Part shown: one piece after another, positions 24,601 through 36,600 of the stretch | Numbering within the stretch: position 1 is the stretch's first letter | Layout: each line of letters begins with the position of its first letter | Source of the DNA: Carcharhinus longimanus | Taxonomy: Eukaryota | Assembly: GCA_030264375.1 (NCBI GenBank) | Contig: JASCQW010000027.1 | Span: 98,684,425 to 98,748,424, forward strand | Direction of reading: 5' to 3' | Length of the DNA: 64,000 bases | Program-made: the position numbers and the translations under genes | Notes under the pieces: generated by a model | Databases searched by the model: none | Seen by the model: only the letters and a program-made list of their open reading frames with translations | Told to the model about the DNA's origin: nothing

Positions 24601-27600
24601 CATTGTGAATAAAATGTGAGAAGTTCTCTGCTGCTTAAAGACAGCCTTGCTGCCTTGGGTGTACACCATAGTTCCATTTTCATCTACTGTCGTATATCTT
24701 AGTTCTGAATTACTTGGTAATTTGCAGCAGCAGTCTTGGCGTTTGAGGTGGCACTTCCTTTCCTTGGCTGTGGGATGTTTATCTTAAGAAAAAATGTGCT
24801 GTCTGTAATGGCGTTCACCATATCATCATATGAAATGCCATTCAAGCTGTGGAAGGTACCCTTAATGCGAGGGTAATGCCAACTTTTGCACATACCTGAA
24901 TCATACCTTTCACAGGCTCCTTCCTGAAACCTTTGCTGGAATTTACCTCAACATAATTGTCTTAAAACATATGGCTTTGGTGCCTTGAAGGAATACCAGC
25001 ATCAGACATTGCTTTATTGGTTACAAGCAAAAAAAAAAGGCAGTCTTGACCCTTTCAGCTACTACACCAACACTAGCATGTCCACCTTTCCAGAGGTGAG
25101 ATGCCTATAGAGGGCATATGAATGCCTAGAGCCCATCTTGAATGTATAACAAAAGTACCCTGAGGAAAAGTGAGTGGCTACATCTCGGTATAACACAGAT
25201 GAATTCATGGACCGTTCTAGTGCATTTCTGATGGTAAATCCACAACTGAGAGAAAATGTGGGGCGTGATACTGAGCTCTTAAATGATGTAGATGTAACTT
25301 GGGGGCTATTTGTCTTGGACCTCAAAATTGCAAATTCCCACTCTGTCTCATACTTGTATTCAGCACATTGGATTATATGTCCTGGAAAATATGATTAATG
25401 TTGCATTCATCTCTTGTTTCTGAAGGAAGTTGGATAGTTTATCATTGAATAATAGGCTAAGGTAATCAGACATTCCATGAGACATGATGGCCACAGTTTT
25501 GCTGGAGTATAATCCAAAGTTCTGGGTAGTCACAGCTTTATTCAAGAAGTGGTGATATAGGGTAGGTGGATGAATATCTTTGAGATTTGCATGAAATGAG
25601 GGATTATATTATTGAATTAAAGACCTTTTGGTAGATTCCATAATAGGATGGTATATTGAAGCAGCTGGTTTAATGGGATAAGTAGATTCTTCCTTCCTAA
25701 ATTCTTATTTATTTTCCCCAATATACTGTTGGAAAGCCAATGTTCTTGGTCATCAACATATTCTTCACTAGGTCTCATTTTTCATACAATGCACTGCACA
25801 TGATTCCACACGTTCCAAAATGCAACCAAGTGTAACTTAATCTATTCCTTTAAAATCCATGGGTGATTACAACACGTAGTTAATTGTGGATGGTGAGGGA
25901 AACCTTCAGACTTGTCAGTTTTTTTAGCTCCAGTTCAGAAGAGTCTACAAAGGAATATAGACAGATTAAATGAATGGGCAAAAACTTGACAGATGGAATT
26001 TAATGTAGGAAAATTTGAAGCTATGTACATTGCTATATGGAGTAAAGGAGCTGAATATTATTTAAGTAGAGAAAGACTGCAGAAAGCTACAGTACAGAGG
26101 GATTTGTGTGTCCTTGTGCATAAATCATAACAAGCTAGCATGCAAAAGGCAATATGGAAGGCAAATGGAATATTGGCCTTTGTTTCAAAAGGAATGGAGT
26201 ATGGAAATAGGGAAGTCTTGCTAAAACCATACAAAGCACTAGTCAGATCACTAGTTAGCACCTGGAATATTTTGAAAGTTTTCCTTATCTAAGGAAAGAT
26301 AAACTGACATTGGAGGCAGTCCAAAGAAGGTTCATTAGGCTGATCCAGGTATAGAAGGATTTTCTTATGGGGAGAGGTTGAGTAGATTGGGCCTGTATTT
26401 ATTTAAATTTAGAAGAATGAGAGAAGACCTCATTTAGACATATAGGATTCTCAGGGGATTTAACAGGGTAGACACAGAGATTGTTTCCCCTTGTCTGAGA
26501 TACTACGACCAGAGGGCATTACCTCAGAGTAAGGGGTGGCCCATTTAAGACGGAGGTGAGGAAGAATTTCTTCTCTCAGAGAGTAGTGAATCTGTGGATT
26601 TCTTTACTGCAGAGGGCTGTAGAGGTTGGATCATTAAGTATGTTCAAGGCTGAGATAGACAGATTTTTAAATCAGTAAGGGAATCAAGATTATGGGAAAA
26701 AATAGGAAAGTGGAGTTGAGGATTATCACGTCAGTGAGACCACGATCTCACTGATTGGCAGAGCAGATGCGATGGGCCAAATGGCTTTCTTTTACTCCTA
26801 TATATTTTGGTCCTATGATCTTATGGCATGAAATGACTATTTTGCTTTCTCTTTTTTTTTTGGAAAAGAAAATATTTTGGCATATTTAAGTACTTTTAAA
26901 ATCTGCCAGGTAATTGCTAGACGCAAGACTTTAATTTATAAAATGTTGACGTTGTATATGTTTATTGAGAATAATTGACATATAGTTTGCATTTTAAATA
27001 TATTCAAACAATTAAAATAATTTACTGTATTGCTGTATCCTCAGGCTTTTAGGGTTTGTGTGTATGCTTTTGAAATGACTTGGTGCCAATGCTAAATGAA
27101 TTTGGAACCATGTATACAACTGGAATTCAATCCTGGATCCTCTTGTTCTTTGTGTCTTGAATGTTATTATAAAGGATTTAGTTAATCGCTGTAATTAAAA
27201 TGACAGGCTGCATTGTGCCAGTATCCTGAGATTTTGGTCATTCAATCTGACTGACAGATATTGAGGTAATTGAACATATTACAAAATTGAAGGGAATTCA
27301 GCTCTAAGGCAAGACATTTAGTCTGCACTGGCAGAGTTTGTATTGAAAATGAGCATTCAATTCTGTAACATCTCAGCACAGAAGAAAGGGTCCCTTTATA
27401 TCAGTAGGAGGAGTTTAAAAAGTGTAATAATTCATATTCAGGGTTTGCTACTTTACTTTGCTCCTTAAGTTTTAAAACAATGTTTGTCTTCTCTTCACCT
27501 TTTCAGATCCAGTTCATCACTTGAAAAATCTTCAAGTACACTTCATGCTGGCAAATTCAGTCCTTGTGCCAAGAGGGTCTGTCATTGTTTCGAAGAAGAA

Positions 27601-30600
27601 GTTCCTGAATACACAGTGCCTCCGTTTAGGAGCAGGTATGTCAATAATGTTATTGCGGATACCATCTTCACATGACATGGCTGATTTCCTGATAGGGCAC
27701 TTGTCCCTTGTTGCAGACTGGAAATGGCCATAAGGGGCTACACTCCTGGATCGCTGTTTAACAGAAGAGCCTGAAAATTGATCTGATTCTCTCTTGGCAG
27801 AGACCCTATGCAAGGAGCAGTGTTCCACAATCACAGGGCTTAACTGTTTAGGCTTAAGTACAGCTGATGGTTACTTGGTTCAGAGAGTGTAGAGCACTCA
27901 AAGGATTGTGTCCCAGCACCTACAGAAGAGGGGGGGAATTTGGAGGCACATGCTGTCTGAAAGTGAATAATTCTATTCATTTTAAAACTATAAAATTATG
28001 TAATGGCAAATACGATTTTGCAGACTGGTTTGCAAATAAAATTCTAATAGGTCTTGATTTACTGGATTAGTTATTTCAGTTATTTACATGTGTAAAATTT
28101 CTACATAGATACAAAAAGTTTCTTATGCGCAGATTGAGAAGGAGGAGGACAATGTTTCCAGCATCCACAAATTCTGAAATGGTACATTATTTGTGGCAAA
28201 TTTAGTTTCTCTGTGATTTTCAAGTGCAGTTTAGGCATGAGTTTCAGACAATACCTAGTAATAATCTTGTGCTAGTCGAGCTTTGCACTGATTGCATTAC
28301 AATTGCAATCAGTGAGCTATAAAAAGTTCCCAAGTGGTTGCTGTGCTGTATTGTTTTAAGTATATGCCAATTATAAAACCAATCAACATTTGGATATCAC
28401 TTAGAAACACATAGTTCATATGGGAGCTGGCAGTACAAAAAGCAGTGGCAACTTCTTAGCAGCCTCAAACTGGAACCTGTCGAGCAATGACCGTATATGT
28501 TAGCAGAGAAATACAAGGTTGATGTTTTGTTTATAAAAAAATGTAATCTTGGAAAGGCTGTGTTCAGAATGAAACATGGATAGAACACAAGAGCTTTTGA
28601 AAAGCTTCTGTTTGCTTTGTGATTAACAGTGAAGGTGAAGAGGAACAAGTCAAGCCTAAGGCAAGAGAATTTCTTTATGGCACCAAACTACGGGAGATGG
28701 AAAATGAGATTGCTAAACTCAGAAAGTCTACCCATGAGCAGGTAGACACGATGGCTCTCAGGAGGATGGTAAGTTTGACAAGTTTCGCTGGCAGCCTAAG
28801 TTGACAGCTTTGAACAGTTTGCTTGAGATGGTGTAATCAACTGCTTTTCATGGGATCTGTTAAAACAGGAAGAGGAAAGAGCAGCTGTGCAGAGACATGT
28901 CCGTGAGGATACGATGTGCCGTGCTCCTGAATTTCTTGTCCGGTTAAGGTCCCACACAGTTTGGGAGAACTCTTTTGTAAAATTGTTCTGCACTGTTCAA
29001 GGATATCCCACTCCATTAGTCAGATGGTAAGTCACATTGACACTGTGCACTGAAAGTGTGTGCTCATGGACAACAGGTTAAAGAAAACACTTGCTTGCTT
29101 TGCTCATTATTTGAGTGTGTCATTGGGGTGCAGTAGTTTTAGTGTTGAGAGGTGCTGAATTCATGCACAAGGACCATGCCAGAAACAACTTTTAAATTGA
29201 AGGCACATATATACTGTATGGCACATGCATGCTCTAACTGGCTGGCTAGATATAAACCATATCAGAAACCAAATCACAGATTATTTTAAATAGAAAAGTT
29301 GTGATCAGCTCTGAAGGTGATGTATAAAACACACAACCTCTAATAAAAAAGGCTGAATTCCAGATCTTGGCCGCAACCTCTCCATATATCTGTAAATAAT
29401 CCTGTTAGCTGCAGAGCTTGGGTTAGATTGAAACCATCAAAGTAGATGTTACTCATTAACCTTGAAACCCTATCGCAGATATTCATCACAAGGTCTGAAT
29501 CCCCACTGCAAACACTCAGCAATATTCTTCTATCCGAATTTTAACTTGCACTAAATTTCATTTATCTATCACCCATACTCACTGATTTATATTGGCTTCC
29601 CAGGCTGACAATGCTTAATTTGTAAAATTCTCAACCTCATGCTTACAACTCTCCATGGCCTGTGACCCCCTTTATCTCTGAAATCTCTTCATCTGTGTTG
29701 TTTCTCGTGTATCTTCCAATTCCAATGTTGCATCTTTAGCAATGATGCTTTCAGCCTTTTAGACCCTAAAGCCATAAAAATTCCCTTCTTTAATATTTCC
29801 TCCTCTCTAGCTTTCTCTTTCTTTAAGATGCTTCAATAAACCTATCACAGTGACCAAGCATTTGCTCTCCTAATGCTACCTTCTTTGGCTCAATGTTAAT
29901 ATCTGCCTGACTGCTCTCCTGGGACATGTCACTACATCAAAAGGGTGGCAGGATGGCACAACGGTTAGCACCACTGTCTCTCAGTGCCAGGGACCTGGGT
30001 TCAATTCCTGGCTTGGCTCACTGTTTGTGTGGATTCTGCATGTTCTCCCTGCGTCTGCATGGGTTTCCTCCAAGTGCTCGGTTTCCTCCTGCAGTCCGAA
30101 ATAGGTGCTGGTTAGGTACATTGGCCATGCTAAATTCTCCCTCAGTGTACCCGCACAGGTGCCAGAATGTGGTGACTCGGGAATTTTCACAGTAACTTCA
30201 TTGAAGTGTTAATGTAAACCTACTAGTGATGCTATTAAAAATCATAGGATCCCTACCGTGCAGAAAGAGGCCATTTGGCCCATCAAGTCTGCACTGACCA
30301 TAATCCCACCCAGGCTCTGCCCCATATCCCTACATATTTGCACGCTAATCCCTCTAACCTACACATCTCAGGACACTAAGGGGCAATTTTTAGTATGGCC
30401 AATCAACTTAACCCGCACATCTTTGGACCATGGGAGGAAACCAGAGCACCCAAAGGATACCAATGCAGACACGAGGAGAATGTGCAAACTCCAACAGACA
30501 GTGACCTGAGCTGGGAATTGAACTCAAGTCCCTGGAGCTGTGAAGCAGCAGTGCTAACCACCGTGCTACCGTGCCGTCCAAAATATCACACCAATAGTAC

Positions 30601-33600
30601 CAACCACTGTGCTACCGTGCCGCCCCTTAGCTTAAAACTTAAACTTAAAATCGCTGTATTAATCTAACTTGTTGTTTGGTGCTTCAGATATAATATTGTC
30701 ACGACTCAGAAGTCAGTATAACTGCAAACTGCAGTCACGTTCCTGATAATAACAACATTTCTAAACTGAAGAAGTTGGTTATAACGATTAAAAATATCAC
30801 ATTCAAGTCTTTCAGCTTTCTTAAATTGACTTGTTCCAATAAGACAAACCATCTGTATCTCTAATACACAGTGATCACAGCTGGTGCCCGCAAAGCCTGT
30901 GATCCCCCTCGCAGACAGTGTTAGTAATAATGCTAATAAGTATTCATATTTAATAAAGCATTGAGCTGAGACATACAAGGCTACATTCCAGTTGGTAAAG
31001 TTCATGTTTGAATGCTTAATGTGCTTGTGCTACATTCCTATGCGTGCTATTTTTATGCAGGCATTGGGCATCATTTAAGATAATCAGGTTAACACCTGCC
31101 TAAAATAGCTCAAACAGAAATGTGGTATGAAGTCATTCAGTTCTACTGTGAACTTTGCTGATCAGAATTTAACTCTTACAATTTACACCAAACAAAATGC
31201 CGAGGAAAAGGTGCAAAGCGATGGCTTTACCTTTGATTACTAGTTATTGGTTACTTCTGATACTGGAACACGACAGCTCATCTCCATCTGCAGGCTCTGC
31301 CTTCCGACCAATTTACACCATTCTTCAACTGTTATCTGAGGCTCAATAGATCATAAATATCTCGTTGGGTCTTGTTCAAATTTAGTTTGTCAAGGGAGGT
31401 ATTTACGGGGTACATTGACCCCTGATGCTACATGGGGCTGGGTTTCATAGTGAAGTAATTAAATCCTCCATTGATAGGTTTATGACATGGTTTGCATCGT
31501 CTACTGGAATTTAACTCTTGTGGCTGAGCCCCTAAAGTCCACATATTCATTGCATCCCTGCTGAACTACAGAATGGAATTTGCTTCATTGTACCAGTTTT
31601 CACTAGTCTGCATGAGGAATTGGAGTAAAGTTTGAGCATCCTCATTAATCAACATCTGAAAATTACGTGAATTACGGATGTTCCGCATTTTTAGGTGTCA
31701 GCTTTAGTCCGTTTGGAGGAATGCTGATACGGATTAGAAAGTTGAGAGTTCAAGTTTCACTGCAAACCTTGAGTATATAAGCCTAGAAATATCTGGTGCC
31801 CTGCTCCACTGGCATATATGGCATGTGAACCCCTTGCCTAATGCCAGAGGCTCTGTCCAACATTTTGGACATGAGGTCAGTGGCCTAGCTGGAATGGGCT
31901 GCTGGCACCTGCAGGGGAGAACACAGTCCTTCAGTGGGCCAAATGGGCTGAAGAAAAGTTAAACTGAAATGTTTCAACTCCCATTGAAGCTGTACTGACC
32001 AGAGAAGGTTACCCCATTACCTTAATATAGTAAAGGTTTGGGTCTTTCTGAAGAGTCATGATGTGGAGATGCTAGATGTGGAGATGTGGATAAAGTCCAA
32101 CTGGTTGGACTTTAACCTGGTGTTGTGAGACTTCTTACTGTCTTTCTGAAGAGCCCATGGAGCCTCTGGATAGGCATCATTTAGGAAGGGATGTCCCAGA
32201 AAAGGCTGTACACTTTCCAAACATGCCACATTAACATGGGATTAAAAAGGCAGTTTGATAATCCATGTCCCCACAACTGTTCTTTCAAGACTAGGGTTAA
32301 AATTATGCAGAATTAGGAGTGGTCCATTTCTGACATCAGCAACACCCTCCCCCCCCCACCACCACATTGCTCCTCATGCAATTAATAGGCATGTTTTCTA
32401 TTTGAAAGCAAAGATTGCATTGAATATCAATTAAACATTAGTCAGTGACTTGTATTGCAATGCCTGTCATACTGCATGCAATGTTTTAAGATGGGTGCTT
32501 GATTCAGATTGAAATAAGAGGTATTTTAATTACCATGATTCTGGGAAATACAAAGAAGGGGTGATTAAGGATTATTTCACTGAGAACGTCACACATCTCC
32601 ATAAGATATTCAAATCCAAAACAAATGAGTTGAAATCTCAAAGTTATGTTTCTTGTACATTGCCAGTTAAAACTAGTCATGCTAAGCTTGAAACGGAGGC
32701 CAAGATTCTCCTCAGTTGGATGTTGGGACGGAAAGATGGCACTGTAGCTCTCGACAGCAATGATGGCTTTCTTTGGAACTTTGAAAGAAAAAGTTTAAAG
32801 TCACGGGTCCCACTGATTCATCAAGCCAGCCAGCATCTCAGACACTCGATATTCTGAGGAGCCATTTTTTAAAGTCTGCCCCACTGCACAACAAAAAAAA
32901 ATTCACCCAGGTCCATCCCCCTGGCACTACCCTGGCACCACTGACTGCTCTGGCACCCATGACATTCCCCAGGCACTAGCTGGGCATCATCCCTTCCTCC
33001 CTGAACACTACACTCAGCTGAACTCCCCTGGGGGTACTTCTTGCCAGGTGCCTTCAGGAATGAGTCACGCTTCATGCCATCTTGTTATTATGCTGCCATG
33101 GATGGATATTTTGACGTAGGGACTAATTCTGGACTCGGTAATGACATGTAAATTTATTATAATAATGTTCCCGATGTCTAATGTTGGGAAAGGTGGCCCT
33201 TCACTGATGGGGGGTGGGGGGGTTAGTGAACAACTGCATCACATTTTCCTGTCACGGTGAAACATGACCTTGGACTTCTCATGACATTGTCCATTCCCAT
33301 TGTTGAACCCACCCAATGTGAACAGGAGCAGAAAATCCCGCCCGGAGTGTCACCGGCACAAGAACATGTCTTTTTTCATGAGACCTATAAATAGGAAGGG
33401 TAGATGAAGGTTGACTTGATGATAATGCTTGTAAACAATTAGTCTGACGATGTCTATGATATGTGGCAGAAAGCACAGTGTACATAAATGAGTCTGACTG
33501 GTAGGATGTGAGGAGTGCAGTCCCACAGGGGGGCTGTGCTGGGGCTTCCATCTTTTACAAAGTCAGTGACTCAGACAAGGGGAGTGGAGGCATGGTAGCT

Positions 33601-36600
33601 AAATTTTCAGATGACACAAAGATAGGTAGGAAAATATATTGTGAAGAAGACATAAGTAGTTTGCAGATAGGTATAGATAGGTTGAACAAGAAGCAAAAAT
33701 CTAGTGGATGGAGTTTAATGTGGCAAAGTGTGAAGTTTGCAGGAAGAATAAAACAGCAGAGTATTACTTAAAGGGAGAATGACTACAGAAATCCAAATTG
33801 TAGACAGCTTTAGGTATTCTTGTGCATGAGTCGTAAAAAGCTAGTGTGGAAATACATTAGGGATCATAGAACAATCATAGAATCCTTACAGTGCAGAAGG
33901 AGGCCATTTGGCTCATCGAGTCTGCACTGACCACAATCCCTCCCAGGCCCTATTCCTGTAATCCCACATATTTAACCTTCTAATTCCCCCTGACACTAGG
34001 GTGAATTTAGCGTGGCTAATCAATCTAACCTGCATATCTTTGGATTGTGGAAGAAAACCGGAGCAGCTGGAGGAAACCCACGCAAACACGGGGAGAACAT
34101 GCAAACTCCACACAGAGAGTTGCCTGAGGCCGGAATTGAACCCGGGCCCCTTGAGCTGTGAGGCAGCAGTGCTAACCATTGTGCCACCATGACGTCCATA
34201 TGCTGATGGAATGCATTCCTTTATTATGAGAGGAATTGAACATAAAAGTAAAGATAATAAGTAAGGGGAATTTTCTTGTCCCACCAGCCACAGGAATCAT
34301 AGTGGGCAGGGGGCCAACCTTGGAAGGGATTTTCCGGTTTTGGGGTGAGTGCAGCCAGAAAATCCCACTCTGCATCTCAAATACTGTGTGCAGTTTTGGT
34401 CTCCTTATTTAGGGAAGGATATAAATGCGCTGGAGGTGGTTCAGAGGAGTTTTACTGGATTGATACCAGGAATGAAAGAGCTGTCTTGTGAAGATAGAGT
34501 GGACAGGCTGGCCTTGGTTCCACTGGAGTTTAGAAAAGAGTTAGTTAACTAATTAAAGTACATAAGATTCTGAATAGTTTTGACAAGGTAGATATAGGAA
34601 GAGTGTTTCCACTTGTGGCTGAGTTCAGGAAGAGGGCATATTCCTTTAAAATTAGGGGTTGCCCTTATAGGACAGAGATTAGGAGAATCCTTTTCTTTCA
34701 GTGGGTTGTGCAACTTTGGAACTCTCTGCCTCAGAAAGCAGTGGAGATGAGGTCACTGAATATTTTTGAGGCAGAGGTAGACAGATTCATGTTAGGCAAG
34801 GGAATCAAAGGTTATCGGGGTAGATGGGAATGTAGAACTCGAAACACATATGGATTAGCCATTATTTTATTGAATGGCAGAACAGGCCCGAGAGGCCTAC
34901 TTGAGTGTTTTCTCATGACAGAGGCAGTTTACCACAATCCCTCCCAGGCCCTATTCCTGTAACCCCACATACTTAACCTTCTAATTCCCCCTGACCCTAG
35001 TAAATTTACTAGGGTAAATTTAGCATGGCCAATCAATCTAACCTGCATATCTTTGGATTGTGGGAGGAAACCAGAGCAGTCGGAGGAAAGCCAAGCAGAC
35101 ATGGGGAGAACGATTTGCCGCTGGTGGGATCTTGTGGTCCTGCTGAAGTTAATGACCATTTTCATTGCACCGCTGGCAATCTCACTGGTGGACTGGGAGA
35201 TCCTGTTGGCAGGAAAGGTTGGAAAAAAATCCCACCCAAAAACTTGTATATATATCACCTTTCATGATTTCAAGATGTCCCAAAGTGTTTTTTAGTCAAC
35301 AAAGTTTTTCTCAAGTGTAGTTGCTGTTACAGTATAGGAAATCTATTATTCCAATCATAGATTAATAAATGAGGTTGGGTGGGGATGAATATCTCATCGA
35401 GGTGAAGTATCTCCTTGTTCATTCTGACTAAAATAAATTAACATTGGTGTTAATCCCCTCTCTTTATCCAGAAGTAGATTATCTGACTTATTTATCTTTT
35501 ACTGGAAGGTATAAAGATGACGTCTACATTGATCAAACCAGTGAACCAGCCAAATACAGGATGGATAGCTACTATGGAGTTCACTCTTTGGAGATTAACC
35601 GGTGAGTTTACGCAGAAGTATAAAAGAAGCTTCAAGAGGTCATGGTAATCATGATTGTGGTTTTTTTTATTGTGTTTCCATCGAATCATAGAAAATTATC
35701 TCATAAAAGGAGACCATTCAGCTCATTGTGCCTCGTGCTGGCTTTTGGTAGAGCTTTGGAAGTTACCATTGAATCTGCTTCTATCAAATTTCAAGCAATA
35801 CATTCCAGTCACAAGAACGCGCCATGTGGAAAAAATAGTTTCCTCTTGTCATTTTTTTTTGCCAATTATCTTAAGCGTGTCCTTTGGTTACTAACCCTTC
35901 TTCCACTGGAAAATAGTTTTGCTTTTTTATCCTATCAAAATTGTTTATGACCTTGAATATCAAATTTCCACTTAACCTTCATTGCTCGAAGAATAACAAC
36001 AGTGTCTTCAGTCTCTCCACATAACTGAATACCGCCATTCCTGCAGTCAGTCTAATGAATCTCTTCTTAACCCTTTCCAAGACTTTAACACTCTTCCTGA
36101 AATGCAGTTCTCAGAACAGAACATAATAGTTTAAGTGAGGCCCAACTATTGCTTAATGGAGGTTTAGCATGACTTACTTTATTATTCTATTTCTCTATCA
36201 GTAAAGGCAAGAATCCTGTATAATTAACAACTTCCTCAACTTGTCCTGCTAGATTCAAGAATGTGTGTACTCATTGCCCCGTTTCAAACTGTACTGTTTT
36301 GCTTAAGTTGCCTCCTTATTCTTTTTATATAAGGGACTGAATTTAATGCAACCCATCATGGCAGGGATAATAAGTGGCCAGGCCTACTGAGTTGTCAGAT
36401 TGGTTCCGCATCAGTTTTCAGGCAAAGGCAAAACCCCTAATGATGTTGGAGGATATAAGAGGTTGATGTACTGCACCGCTCACATACACTGACCTCTTTA
36501 TTTTTTATTGCCTGCTTTATTTTCAGCTTAACAATTTATTGCTGGTGCATTGCCTTACTTTTGCTCAGAAATTGTTTCTTTCCTTAATACCCCAACTTTT

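Larger units (their letters stand above)
33380..34905 (+). mobile_element. CR1 LINE interrupted by a SINE and a MITE
   Basis: SAVPQG..AKFSDDTKIG before the SINE, and HLKYCVQFWSPYL.KDINALEVVQR after the MITE. Confidence 0.9.

Noticed and set aside
24331-25400. Possible transposase or antisense gene remnant
   Set aside because: The short ORFs show no motif I can recognise. A TBLASTX or HMM search would be needed.
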